Assembly: GCA_964016885.1 (NCBI GenBank) | Contig: OZ024764.1 | Location: 8,742,001-8,806,000, forward strand | Direction of reading: 5' to 3' | Length of the DNA stretch: 64,000 nt | Source of the DNA: Eledone cirrhosa | Taxonomy: Eukaryota | Part shown: positions 44,345 through 59,530 of the stretch, piece by piece | Numbering within the stretch: position 1 is the first letter of the stretch | How the letters are laid out: each line of letters starts with the position of its first letter | The notes under the pieces: model-generated | What the model was told of the DNA's origin: nothing | Databases searched by the model: none | What the model saw: the letters and a program-made list of their open reading frames with translations, nothing else | Made by a program: the position numbers and the translations under genes

Positions 44345-45697
44345 TGTGTGTGTGTATGTGTGTGAAGGCGCGTGGCTAAGTGTTTAGAGAATTGTGAGTT
44401 CGATTCCCGAACACTACCACCATACCACCACCACAGACACCACCACAGACACCACCAACACCACCACCACAGACACCAACACCACCACCACCACCACCAC
44501 CACCACCACAGACACCACAGACACCACCACCACCACCATCTTGGGTGTTTTCTCAAACAACCAAGTTTATTAAAAAATATACCCGACCACAACCCTAGCT
44601 CCCTTCACCTCCCCACCATCACCACCTCAACCACCATCACCACCACAATCCCCATCTCCACCGCCAGCACCATCACCACCATCTCCACCGCCATCACCAC
44701 CACAATCACCATCTCCACCGCCACCGCCATCACCACCACAATCACCATCACCACCGCCACCACCATCACCACCACCACTAACACCACCAACACCACCACT
44801 AACCTCACCACCGCCACCACCATCACCACCAGCATCTCCACCATCACCACCACAATCACCATCTCCACCGCCAGCACCATCACCACCACAATCACCATCT
44901 CCACCGCCACCACCACCACCGCCACCACCACCTCAACCACCATCACCACCACCTCCACCGCCACCACCAGCGCCACCACCATCACCACCACAATCACCAT
45001 CTCCACCGCCACCACCACCACCGCCACCACCACCTCAACCACCATCAGCACCACCTCCACCGCCACCACCACCATCTCCACCATCACCACCACAATCACC
45101 ATCTCCACCACCTCCACCACCATCTCCACCGCCATCACCACCACAACCACCATCACCACCACCACCACCATCTCCACCACCTCCACCACAACCACCACCA
45201 TCTCCACCGCCATCACCACCACAATCACCATCTCCACCGCCACCACCATCACCACCACCTCAACCGCCAGCACCACCATCACCACCGCCAGCACCATCAC
45301 CACCACAATCACCATCTCCACCACCACAATCACCATCTCCACCGCCACCACCATCACCACCACAATCACCATCTCCACCACCACTATCTCCACCACCACC
45401 ACCACCTAATACATAATTTCCACCCGCCTGTGTATGTTTGGCCACCCGTTTTACATGTCCACCACAGCCACCACTACAACCACCCGTATTAAATAGATTA
45501 AGGGGGTTGTAAGGACTGTAAACTCACACTAACAAAGCCCGGGGCTGGTTGATCTGGGTAGGATAGCTACCCCATTTTTACTTTTTTTTTTTCCCCTTAT
45601 TTTTTTCTCTCTTACGAGTATGTATGTATATATGTATATATATGTGTGTGTGTGTATGTATGTATGTATGTATGTATGTATGTATGTATGTATGTAT

Positions 45698-46127
45698 GTC
45701 CTTTGACAGGTTTTGTTTTTAGTCCTGCAGGATGTCCAAAGTCACCCTCCTCACCAAGAAACCTTGGTGGGGTTGCCAGTTTAGTCGCCAACGACCCGAC
45801 CATGGGACAGGTTGTACTGGGATACATGTTACCAGTAGCACCAACTGGTGACCTGACATAAGGGCAAAGGAGCTCTTAAGAGTCAATGGCCATCCAAAAT
45901 CACCGGGAGAGATGACCCCTTTAGCCTTAGTCAAGGCAGAATTCTAGGAGAAGGAAAACTCTGATATAACACCTGCAACCCTGATGGTATCCAATGATGT
46001 TGACTTGTTCTTCTTTTTGGTAAATAGCATCTTGGTTAAGAGAGTGGGACTGGCTTTGTGCAGTGCCTTTGCTCACTATAAAAGCTTCACGGCACAGGCA
46101 TTGCTTTATATCTGGAGATCTCTCTGC
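45698..46127. mobile_element. Same element, internally inverted partial copy
   Basis: 45698-45859 is the 5' part inverted; 45860-46127 continues forward. Confidence 0.6.
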
Positions 46128-46621
46128 ATGTATGTATGTATGTATGTATGTATGTATGTATGTGTGTGTGTATGTATGTATGTATGTATGTATGTATATA
46201 TGTATATTGTATGTATGTATGTATGTATGTATGTATGTATGTATGTATGTATGTATGTATATATGTATATATGTATGTATGTATATATGTGTGCGTGTAT
46301 GTATGTATATATGTATGTATGTATATATGTATATATGTATATATGTATGTATGTATGTATATATATATGTATATATATATATGTATGTATGTATGTATAT
46401 ATATGTATATATATATATGTATGTATGTATGTATATATGTATGTATGTATATATGTATATATGTATGTATGTATATATGTATGTATGTATGTATGTATAT
46501 ATGTGTGTATGTATGTATGTATATATGTGTGTGTGTATGTATGTATATATGTATGTATGTATATATATATATATGTATGTATATATGTATGTATATATGT
46601 ATATATATATATATATGCATA

Positions 46622-46656
<35 letters not shown>

Positions 46657-46863
46657 CAATATATATATATATATATATATATATTGACATACATACGTAT
46701 ATATATATATAGATATATATATATATGTATGTGTGTATGCATATGTAAGAATGTATGTATGTATCTATGTATATATGTATGTAAGTATCTATGTATATAT
46801 GTATGTATGTATATATGTGTATATATATAATGTATGTATATATGTAATTATGTATATATGTAA

Positions 46864-46896
<33 letters not shown>

Positions 46897-47027
46897 TATA
46901 TATATATATATGTATATAAATATATATATATATATATAATGTATGAATGTATACATGTATATATGTATGTATGTATAATATATATATGTATATATGTATG
47001 TGTGTATGTATGTATATATATATACAC

Positions 47028-47084
<57 letters not shown>

Positions 47085-47105
47085 TACATACATATATATA
47101 TATAC

Positions 47106-47212
<107 letters not shown>

Positions 47213-47248
47213 TATATATGTATACATGCATATATGTATTATACATAC

Positions 47249-47279
<31 letters not shown>

Positions 47280-47555
47280 ATACGGTGTACGGTACATAAG
47301 CGCGTGCACTGTCGAACTAATCCAGCTCGTACCAACATTGGTGATGTTTTCATAAACGAGGGGAAGGGTGGGGGTATGAGTATCGGAGGGTCGGGACACT
47401 GGCGTTCGTTGGGGGAGGGAGGGGGGTGTAATTGTAAGGCTATAGATGGTGGGGGGGAAGGGTGGTGTTGGTGGTGGCGATGGTGAGTATTTGTATAATG
47501 CCTTACAAGGACGTAAAATAGCAACACGGCCACCATCTAGAACGGGGTGATACTG

Positions 47556-47598
<43 letters not shown>

Positions 47599-47885
47599 AA
47601 AAGGTATGACCCCCGACGGCAGAGCTCAAGCCGTTTCGACGGCTATTTCTGGACTGAAATAGCCGTCGAAACGGCTTGAGCTCTGCCGTCGGGGGTCATA
47701 CTTTTTTCCTATTTCCCACTCTACTACCCTAAGTATTGAGTACTCTGGTGCGTTATGGTCCATCTGGTTCCTTACCACAATTCCTTTGTTATATATATAA
47801 GTATGTATGTGCCGTACTAAGAGTGAGAAATGAAATTTCGTTTTCATTTTATTACAACTTATATATATATATATATATATATATA

Positions 47886-48492
47886 TGGTGGCTGCCAACT
47901 CGGTTTCGAGTATGGCCACCACTTTATATCCATGTAGGAGAACCCCTACCGATGCGCTGAACGAGTGTGACTTTTTAGTCCAGCCAGCGACTTGAAAACT
48001 CTGGTACAAACACTACACTTGTGACAATTATTGACACATAGTGCTGGGCCCATGGTACCATGTGACAAGTGCAGAGAGATCTCCAGATATAAAGCAATGC
48101 CTGTGCCGTGAAGCTTTTATAGTGAGCAAAGGTATTGCACAAAGCCAGTCCCACTCTCTTAACCAAGATGATATTTACCAAAAAGAAGAACAAGTCAACA
48201 TCATTGGATACCATCAGGGTTGCAGGTGTTATATCAGAGTTTTCCTTCTCCTAGAATTCTGCCTTGACAAAGGCTAAGGGGTCATCTCTCCCGGTGATTT
48301 TGGATGGCCATTGACTCTTAAGAGCTCCTTTGCCCTTTGACAGGTTTTGTTTTTAGTCCTGCAGGATGTCCAAAGTCACCCTCCTCACCAAGAAACCTTG
48401 GTGGGGTTGCCAGTTTAGTCGCCAACGACCCGACCATGAGACAGGTTGTACTGGGATACATGTTACCAGTAGCACCAACTGGTGACCTGACA
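47886..48492 (-). mobile_element. Same element, full-length copy
   Basis: Same two ends as the 33070 copy, several substitutions. Confidence 0.6.
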
Positions 48493-48589
48493 TATATATA
48501 TATATACATACATATATATATACACACATATATATATATATATATATGAAAGTATAGAAATTATTGTGAACGTGAAGCCAACAGTATTT

Positions 48590-48692
<103 letters not shown>

Positions 48693-48821
48693 TGAAGTTT
48701 CCGTTGAAAATTGAAAAAGTCAGAGGAATGCAGAGTGCTCTATGTAAGTTACAGAGCTCAATATTTGTACTTACGCACACATTTTTTCACTATACACATA
48801 CATTTGTACATACACACACAT

Positions 48822-49586
48822 GTGTCTCTTGAGCAAGTCTGTCTGCATGAAACAGATAAGATCATGAGAGTTGGGAGGGACCTCCTTGAAAGATACTTCC
48901 TGCATGATAATCAAAAACTCACACCCAGGGAAATTGCTCAGCAGTACCGCAGTGAATCTATGGATGAAAAACTGCATACTGGGAAGGAATTCCTTGAAAG
49001 ATACTTCCTGCGTGATAATCAAAAACTCACACCCAGGGAAGTCGCTCAGCAGTACCGCAGTGAATCCACGGATGAAAAACTGCATACTGGGAAGGAACTC
49101 CTTGAAAGATACTTCCTGCATGATAATCAAAAACTCACACCAAGGGAAGTCGCTCAGCAGTACCGCAGTGAATCTATGGATGAAAAACTGCATACTGGGA
49201 AGGAACTCCTTGAAAGATACTTCCTGCATGATAATCAAAAACTCACACCCAGGGAAGTCGCTCAGCAGTACCGCAGTGAATCCATGGATGAAAAACTGCA
49301 GGCTTATCAGCAAAAAATCATCCATGGATATGTTGCCAGGAAGCTCCAGTGTGAGAGTAATATAGATAAAGAAAGTAGTCTATCTTGGACCAACAACCGC
49401 TATATTGGCTCCCACTTTGAAGGATATGCTTTTGCAATCCAAGAACAGGAGATTAACACGAAATACCTGATTCACAAAAGAGATAGGGGTGCAGGCAAAA
49501 CACCTAGATGTGACAACAAATGCAGATTATGCTGAATTAAAATTGAAGATGTCACCCATGTCATAAGCAGCTGTCTAAAGATGTCA
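48822..49586 (+). mobile_element. RLE-type (R4/Dong/NeSL-like) non-LTR retrotransposon fragment with internal 108-bp tandem repeat
   Basis: HG...EGYAFAIQEQEINTKYL...KCRLC*..IEDVTHVISSC (CCHC knuckle); four 36-codon repeats at ~48872-49300. Confidence 0.75.
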
Positions 49587-50694
49587 TACACACATACATT
49601 AGGTTCATGCTTGGGAAATGAAGATAAGAAAAATGAATAGAGGAAGTAAATAAACGTCTCAACGTATCAGACATGTGTCTTTCATCGAGAAAGAGGAAAG
49701 TTCGAAGAGAGTGAGGATAGGAGGGTTAGTGTTTTGTTATGGCGGGGTTATGGTGATGTTATGGTGGGGTTAAGGTGATGTTATGGTGGGGTTATGGTGA
49801 TGTTATGGTGGGGTTAAGGTTGTTTGGGGTTGGTGTTGTGTTGGTGTTAGAAGTATACAAACAGATAGGGTGTAGTGTGTATTTGTCACGGAATACTGTG
49901 AGGCGGGGCGGGAGGGGGCGTGTTGACGTGTACGAGATGCATGAGGGTGGATTAGCGAGGGATTTAGGATGGCGGGTACGTTGTCTTTGTGTGTGTCCGT
50001 GTGGTCGACACAACCTCCACCCCCCTGTGCCCCTCACCACCACCGAAATATTTACACCGCCACCACTACCATTAACAACACCACCACCACCACCACTACC
50101 ACTAACATTAACAACACCACCACCACCACCACTACCACTAACAACACCACCACCACCACCACCACTACCATTAACAACACCACCACCACCACCACCACCA
50201 CCACTACCACTAACAACAACAACAACACCACCACCATAACCACCTCCACCACCACCACTAGCACCTCCACCACCACCACTAACAACAACACCACCACCAC
50301 CACCACCACCACTAACAACAACACCATCACCACCACCACCACCACCACTAACAACAACACCATCACCACCACCACCACCACCACCACCACTAACAACAAC
50401 ACCATCACCACCACTAACACCACCACCACCGCTAGCACCATCCCCACCACACCACTAACATCACCACCACCACTACCCCCCCCCCCCCCAAAAAAAAATC
50501 ACCACCACCACCACCACCACCACCACTATCCCCCAACACCATCGCTAACACCCCCCACCCCCACCATCACCCCCACCATCACCCCCACCACCACCACCAC
50601 CACCACCACCACTAACAACAACGGTTATTTTCAGATTTGACAAATAAGTTTGGTTAACACAAACGAAATGAATTGTGGTGAGGCAGGTTATGTG

Positions 50695-51198
<504 letters not shown>

Positions 51199-51267
51199 GT
51201 ATGTGTATATATATATGTATGTATATATATATATATATGTATGTATGTATGTATGTATATATATACA

Positions 51268-51315
<48 letters not shown>

Positions 51316-51407
51316 CACCTATGTACAAATATATATCTATGAGTGTGTATGTATGTATACCTACACATATATATATATATATACCTACATACGTGTGTGC
51401 GCGTATG

Positions 51408-51440
<33 letters not shown>

Positions 51441-51494
51441 TTATATATATATATATATAAACACACACACACATATATATTTATATATGTGTGT

Positions 51495-51620
<126 letters not shown>

Positions 51621-51652
51621 ACACACACACATATATATTTATATATGTGTGT

Positions 51653-51706
<54 letters not shown>

Positions 51707-51820
51707 CTATTATATATATATGTATGTATGTGTTGTGGTGGTGGTACCATAGTACCTCCGCTGGTGCACGAGGCACAACACAATATGACACGGTAAATAG
51801 TAGAGAGAGAGAGGGGGGCG

Positions 51821-51865
<45 letters not shown>

Positions 51866-52072
51866 GACAGAGAGCGGAGACAGAGGGAGAGAGAGAGAGA
51901 GAGAGAGGGCGGAGACAGAGGGAGAGAGCGAGAGAGAGAGAGAGGGCGGAGACAGAGGGAGAGAGAGAGCGAGAGAGAGAGAGAGGGCGAGACAGAGGGA
52001 GAGAGAGAGCGAGAGAGAGAGATAGGGCGGAGACAGAGGGAGAGAGAGAGAGAGAGAGAGAGGGCGGAGACA

Positions 52073-52117
<45 letters not shown>

Positions 52118-52334
52118 CGGAGACAGATGGAGAGAGAGAGAGAGAGAGAGAGAGGGCGGAGACAGAGGGAGAGAGAGAGAGAGAGAGTGAGAGGGAGGTA
52201 TAGATGGTAAACTAGAGAGAATAGGAAAGAGAGAAAGCTAGACACACTTTTCTATTGATTTCTCCATGTGGGTATGTGTGTTAGAGTGTGTGTGTGTGTT
52301 TCAGTACATACAGGTATATATAACATACACACAC

Positions 52335-52392
<58 letters not shown>

Positions 52393-52565
52393 TTCAGGGA
52401 TACCACAAAATATCCCTGAAATATATATAATGAAATAAATATGGTTTTATAAATATAGTTTCCATTTGTTAATATCGTATATCTACTCCAAATAATTGTC
52501 GAGTGCTTTATATCAGTTATAAAAATATTTACTTGTTGTATCCCAACAACTTTAAATATAACTTT

Positions 52566-52601
<36 letters not shown>

Positions 52602-53008
52602 AAAGAATAGAGGTGTAACACACAAGTTATGGTATATTGGTAAACGGAAAAGAAAATGCTGACAAATTGTTCACAGTGAAAAATAGTTTAATTAGGAATA
52701 AGTGAGAATTAGTAATAGTATTGGTTAGTATTCAGTTTTGGTTTTAAGTTGCCAGTTTTGGTTTTAAGTTTCCAGTTGCGCATTTCTAATGCTTTTCAAA
52801 AATAATTTTGAGATAGAGCGTCCGTGATGTTTGCTCTAATATATATATTGTTATACTTTGGGAGGGTCATGTTGCCAATAAGAAACACACGCACCAGTTG
52901 CTTTCACTCCAATTTATTATAAATTAAATTTATAAATTTAAGAATTTATAAATTTCCGGTTGGTTGGTTGGTTGGTTGGTTCCATAACCGGACGGTTGTT
53001 CATATAGT

Positions 53009-53051
53009 GTCAAAGTTCTTTCGTCACACATTCTGCCACCTCTTCAGTGAC
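53009..53051 (-). ncRNA. Degenerate hammerhead motif in inverted pLTR-like pair 52846-53260
   Basis: rc: GTCA-CTGAAGA-GGTGGCAGAATGTGTGAC-GAAA-GAAC-TT-TGAC; relatives near 21103-21140 (-) and 26983-27020 (+). Confidence 0.5.
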
Positions 53052-53314
53052 TGGGGATTTCTTTTCTTTGTTTTTGCCCTGAAGCGGTCACAGAATGTGT
53101 GACGAAAGAACTTTGACAATATATGAACAACCGTCCGGTTCTGGAACCAACCAACCAACCGGAAATTTATAAATTCTTAAATTTATAATAAATTGGAGTG
53201 AATGCAACTGGTGCGTGTGTTTCTTATTGGCAACATGACCCTCCCAAAGTATAACAATATCGGTTTCAACACACGTTTTCAGATAAAGAATCTTGCTAAA
53301 CAAATTCAGAAACG

Positions 53315-53377
<63 letters not shown>

Positions 53378-53397
53378 TAATTTATTCAATTTATGTA

Positions 53398-53459
53398 TTT
53401 TATCTGATGAGGCCGTACTGAAAAAACAGCACAGTACCTCCGAAATATATATAATAAAA
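53398..53459 (+). ncRNA. Minimal type I hammerhead ribozyme (family of 16064)
   Basis: TTTTAT-CTGATGA-GGCCGTACTG..CAGTACCTCC-GAAA-TATATA-TA-ATAAAA. Confidence 0.78.
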
Positions 53460-53505
53460 CATATATTTTGATTACGTGAATGTCTCCATTCATTAATATT
53501 TTGAT

Positions 53506-53813
53506 GCTGTATGGGAGCATCCCAAAAGTCAGAGCTGTTTGGTAACATCCCAAAAATCAGCTCAAAAGTGACACAGAGGAGACTGAGGTTGGCTGGACAT
53601 GCTCACCGACATCCAGAGTTGACATTGCACTCAGTGCTCCTTTGGGAGCCCCTACATGGACACACGAGAAGAGGAAGACCAAGGTTAACATATGTTGATG
53701 CCCTAAGGACAGACACTGGTCTGTTGGAGATGCAGGATATGGCAGCGATAGTGAGGGACAGAGACCGCTGGAGAGAACTCGTCCATGGATCTCGGGAATT
53801 TTACCCGCCTTAG
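53506..53813 (+). mobile_element. RTE-clade LINE 3' end, same family
   Basis: RRLRLAGHAHRH...RRGRPRLTYVD...DRDRWRELV..YPP* followed directly by (AT)n. Confidence 0.85.
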
Positions 53814-54388
53814 ATATATATATATATATATTATATATATATATATATAAGCAAAGATTAATATGGTTCGTTGATTACTGCCAATACTGGAATTGTATAA
53901 TCAAGACCGTAGCGGTATGTCATATATCAAATCATATATTTTATCTGATGAAGACGGACTGAAAAAAAAAGTACTTTATTTTATCGACCCCGTTAGGATA
54001 GAAAGGCAAAGTTAACCTCGGCGGGATTTAAACTCAGATCATAGGGGGCCGTAACTCTATGCTGCAAAGCATGGCGACCGACCCTCTACCGAAACTGCTA
54101 ATTCATCGCCCTTTAATCTGTTCTTATAATAAATATATATATATATGAAATAGATATCGTTTTTTACAAAGACAACATAGAAAATTATAAAGATAGGTGA
54201 AGAAGTTAAATACAGCTCAAAATAGAGTAATTTATTACAAAAGCAATACAAAATACTATGTATCATACGCATTTGAAAGAAGTTTCCAGAAAGGCAGGTA
54301 TACAAAATCCTATTGAGCTAAAAATAATAATTACACTAGAAGCAAATTATTCACTAAATAGACACCAAATGCATTCATACATTAAATG

Positions 54389-54435
54389 CTGATTTACGAA
54401 CGTTTCGTCCCTTTCCTGGGACTTTTCAAAACCAG
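54389..54435 (-). ncRNA. Hammerhead motif with U3:A8 core
   Basis: rc: CTGGTT-TTGAAAA-GTCCC aggaaa GGGAC-GAAA-CGTTCG-TA-AATCAG; stems I and II pair fully. Confidence 0.68.
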
Positions 54436-54527
54436 TTATTTAATAAAATTTCATTATGATCTATCTTATCACAGCACGCGGCAGCCAAAGAAATTGTTTA
54501 CATTGAAAATAATTCGAAATTACGCCA

Positions 54528-54949
<422 letters not shown>

Positions 54950-54990
54950 CGAAACATAAGTCAATTGCATGAACTCATAATCCTTTATTT

Positions 54991-55046
54991 ACTGCTATAT
55001 ATATTTCGATGATAGCCATTGAATGGCTATGACCTCATCAGGCAGT
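54991..55046 (-). ncRNA. Minimal type I hammerhead ribozyme (same as 30711)
   Basis: actgc-ta-tatata-tttc-gatgatagccattgaatggctatgacc-tcatcag-gcagt. Confidence 0.78.
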
Positions 55047-55105
55047 TGGTCAGTTCTTAGATATGCCAGCTCTGTGTTTATAGTGTTGATGGTATCAGAG
55101 CCTTG

Positions 55106-55159
<54 letters not shown>

Positions 55160-55179
55160 AATACAATATATACACACAG

Positions 55180-55245
<66 letters not shown>

Positions 55246-56047
55246 TCATACATTTATATATATATATATATATATATACATATACAAAATAAATGTCTCA
55301 TGAGATAAAGAGAAACAGCAAGTTGTATTTTATGTTTTTATATCAAATATCTAAGGGTAGTGCCCCAGCTTGGCCTCAGCCGGATGGCTGGAACAGGTAA
55401 ATGAGCAAAAGACTATACCATGTCAGCATTTCACCCGAAAAGTTCAATCGATTCCTGGCGTTTATCGACCCCTTTTGACCCCCAGTGGTGGATATCGACC
55501 GCTTTGGGGACCCTTTATCAAGAAGTATGTATTCAAATTTACATTTTATTTGTTCCGTAAACAGTGTATCCTCGGCATTCGCGGTCCCGGTTATTCGCGG
55601 AATTTTCCTCAGCACTTAAGTAATAATTGTTCGCGGAAACCACCGCATATTCGCGGAATCGTAAATATCTTCCGCAATTTTTTATATACAAAATACTAGT
55701 TGTTTCTCAATTGATATAACCTGTAATATATTGTTTATACTTTATACCTTACGGGTGCGATAAAATATAGTACCAGTCATGCATTGGGGCCGATTTAATC
55801 GACTTCCCCTCCCCCAAAATTGCTGGCCTTGTGCCTAAATTAGAAACCATTATTATTATTGTCAGTATCGGTAGAGGGTCGGACGCCATGCTTTGAAGCA
55901 TAGAGTTACGGCCCTTGCCATTCTGAGTTCAAATCCCACCGAGGTTAACTTTGCCTTTCATCCTTACGGGGTCGATAAAATAAAGTACCAGTAATGTACT
56001 GGGTAATTGCTGGCCTTGTGCCAAAAGTAGAAACAATTATTGTATAT

Positions 56048-56250
56048 ATGTTCTTCTTTGCCCGCTTATTCCTGAGAGGGTCGTTGGGGCAGAGTCCTCG
56101 AACACTCCCTCGAGCGAGTCCTGTCAGAAACAACCGTCTCCAACTGATCTGGCTGGATCTCGAAGCGTGACAAGCCAAGCTCATGGATGTTACCCAACCA
56201 TCTTGCCCCTGGGTCTCCTATGTGTTGGTTTCGCCTGTGAAATTTGTCCA
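56048..56250 (-). mobile_element. RTE 3' end adjoining the satellite
   Basis: ARWLGNIHELG...VVSDR...LPQRPSQE* then GAA-rich tail. Confidence 0.6.
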
Positions 56251-58417
56251 GAGATTCTTTCCTCAGACATTCTAACCACATGTCTGTAGTATCAGAGCTG
56301 TGATCTCTCAATTTGGAGATTCTTTCCTGAGACATTCTAACCACATGTCTGTAGTATCAGAGCTGTGATCTCTCAATCCAGAGATTCTTTCCTGAGACGT
56401 TCTAACCACATGTCTGTAGTATCAGAGCTGTGATCTCTCAATCCAGAGATTCTTTCCTGAGACGTTATAACCACATGTCTGTAGTATCAGAGCTGTGATC
56501 TCTCAATCCAGAGATTCTTTCCTGAGACATTCTAACCACATGTCTGTAGTATCAGAGCTGTGATCTCTCAATCCAGAGATTCTTACCTGAGACATTCTAA
56601 CCACATGTCTGTAGTATCAGAGCTGTGATCTCTCAATCCAGAGATTATTTCCTGAGACGTTCTAACCACATGTCTGTAGTATCAGAGCTGTGATCTCTCA
56701 ATTCAGAGATTCTTTCCTCAGACATTCTAACCACATGTCTGTAGTATCAGAGCTGTGATCTCTCAATCCAGAGATTCTTTCCTGAGACATTCTAACCACA
56801 TGTCTGTAGTATCAGAGCTGTGATCTCTCAATTCAGAGGTTCTTTCCTGAGACATTCTAACCACATGTCTGTAGTATCAGAGCTGTGATCTCTCAATTCA
56901 GAGATTCTTTCCTGAGACATTCTAACCACATGTCTGTAGTTACAGAGCTGTGATCTCTCAATTCAGAGATTCTTTCCTGAGACATTCTAACCACATGTCT
57001 GTAGTATCAGAGCTGTGATCTCTCAATTCAGAGATTCTTTCCTCAGACATTCTAACCACATGTCTGTAGTATCAGAGCTGTGATCTCTCAATACAGAGAT
57101 TCTCTCCTGAGACATTCTAACCACATGTCTGTAGTATCGGAGCTGTGATCTCTCAATTCAGAGATTCTCTCCTGAGACATTCTAACCACATGTCTGTAGT
57201 ATCGGAGCTGTGATCTCTCAATTCAGAGATTCTTTCCTCAGACATTCTAACCACATGTCTGTAGTATCGGAGCTGTGATCTCTCAATTCAGAGATTCTCT
57301 CCTGAGACATTCTAACCACATGTCTGTAGTATCGGAGCTGTGATCTCTCAATTCAGAGATTCTTTCCTCAGACATTCTAACCACATGTCTGTAGTATCAG
57401 AGCTGTGATCTCTCAATTCAGAGATTCTTTCCTGAGACATTCTAACCACATGTCCGTAGTATCAGAGCTGTGATCTCTCAATCCAGAGATTCTTTCCTGA
57501 GACATTCTAACCACATGTCTGTAGTATCAGAGCTGTGATCTCTCAATTCAGAGGTTCTTTCCTGAGACATTCTAACCACATGTCTGTAGTATCAGAGCTG
57601 TGATCTCTCAATTCAGAGGTTCTTTCCTGAGACATTCTAACCACATGTCTGTAGTATCAGAGCTGTGATCTCTCAATTCAGAGATTCTTTCCTCAGACAT
57701 TCTAACCACATGTCTGTAGTATCAGAGCTGTGATCTCTCAATCCAGAGATTCTTGCCTGAGACATTCTAACCACATGTCTGTAGTATCAGAGCTGTGATC
57801 TCTCAATTCAGAGATTCTTTCCTCAGACATTCTAACCACATGTCTGTAGTATCAGAGCTGTGATCTCTCAATTCAGAGGTTCTTTCCTGAGACATTCTAA
57901 CCACATGTCTGTAGTATCAGAGCTGTGATCTCTCAATTCAGAGATTCTTTCCTCAGACATTCTAACCACATGTCTGTAGTATCAGAGCTGTGATCTCTCA
58001 ATCCAGAGATTCTTGCCTGAGACATTCTAACCACATGTCTGTAGTATCAGAGCTGTGATCTCTCAATTCAGAGATTCTTTCCTCAGACATTCTAACCACA
58101 TGTCTGTAGTATCAGAGCTGTGATCTCTCAATTCAGAGATTCTTTCCTGAGACATTCTAACCACATGTCTGTAGTTACAGAGCTGTGATCTCTCAATTCA
58201 GAGATTCTTTCCTGAGACATTCTAACCACATGTCTGTAGTATCAGAGCTGTGATCTCTCAATTCAGAGATTCTTTCCTGAGACATTCTAACCACATGTCT
58301 GTAGTATCGGAGCTGTGATCTCTCAATTCAGAGATCCTTTCCTCAGACATTCTAACCACATGTCTGTAGTATCATAGTTGTGATCTCTCAATTCAGCGAT
58401 TCTTTGCTGAGACATTC
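56251..58417. repeat. 65-bp tandem satellite, ~33 copies
   Basis: Unit gagattctttcctgagacattctaaccacatgtctgtagtatcagagctgtgatctctcaattca. Confidence 0.97.
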
Positions 58418-58979
58418 GGCTCAGTAGTTACCGATGATGTTGATCTTTTCTTCTTTTCGAGTTACAGCTACTGTCGCTTAGAGAGTGGGATTGGCTCAGT
58501 GCACAGTCTTTCCTCACATTAAAAAAATCTTCACACACAGACATTGCACAATATCATTAATTGATAATTATTAATAATGTTATATCGCTCAATGACTATA
58601 CTCGATAACGAGGGGGCAGCCATCATATATATGTATAGCGTATTTTGCTGTTTATGTTTACGAAAACAACGTTACCGTTTTATCATGGGAGGCTACTCTT
58701 GAGAAAAAAATTAGCCCAATAAAGGGAAGTAACTCTTCTATCCCCTCCCCAGAAAGTATTAATTGTTTCTACTTTAGGCACAAGGCCAGCAATTATTACT
58801 GGTACTTTATTTTATCGACCCCGTAAGGATGAAAGGCAAAGTCAACCTCGGCGGGATTTGGGAGTCTTCTGGTGTCCTTGGCCCTAGGGATACCTCTCTA
58901 CTTACCACTAGTGGTTAAAGTTAGGAAGGTTACCAAAGTGGTTGAAGTTAGGAAGGGCATTCAACAGTAGAAATCATAC

Positions 58980-59530
58980 GCCCAGTACACTCTGTAAGTT
59001 AGTTGTGGTTAGGAAGGACATCCAGCTGTAGAAACCATACTCCCTGCACACACTTCAAAGTGGTTGGTGTTAGGAAGGACATCCAGCTGTAGAAACCATG
59101 CTCCCAGTACACTCTGTAAAGTGGTTGGTGTTAGGAAGGACATCCAGCTGTAGAAACCATGCTCCCAGTACACTCTGTAAACTGGTTGGTGTTAGGAAGG
59201 ACATCCAGCTGTAGAAACCATACTCCCAGTACACTCTGTAAAGTGGTTGGTGTTAGGAAGGACATCCAGCTGTAGAAACCATGCTCCCAGTACACTCTGT
59301 AAAGTGGTTGGAGTTAGGAAGGACATCCAGCTGTAGAAACCATGCTCCCAGTACACTCTGTAAAGTGGTTGGTGTTAGGAAGGACATCCAGCCATAAAAA
59401 TCATACACCCAGTACACTCTGTAATGTGGTTGGTATTAGGAAGGACATCCAGCCATAGAAACCATACTCCCAGTACACTCTGTAAAGTGGTTGGTGTTAG
59501 GAAGGACATCCAGCCATAGAAACTATGCTC
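58980..59530 (+). repeat. 61-bp SINE-derived tandem repeat, ~9 copies
   Basis: Unit tcccagtacactctgtaaagtggttggtgttaggaaggacatccagctgtagaaaccatgc. Confidence 0.92.

Noticed and set aside
44372-45409. Thr-rich mucin-like ORF
   Set aside because: Degenerate (CAC/CAT)n repeat with no unique domain or clear exon structure.
55560-55680. Tigger/pogo-like terminal repeat
   Set aside because: Only one degenerate end, no partner TIR or TA duplication found.
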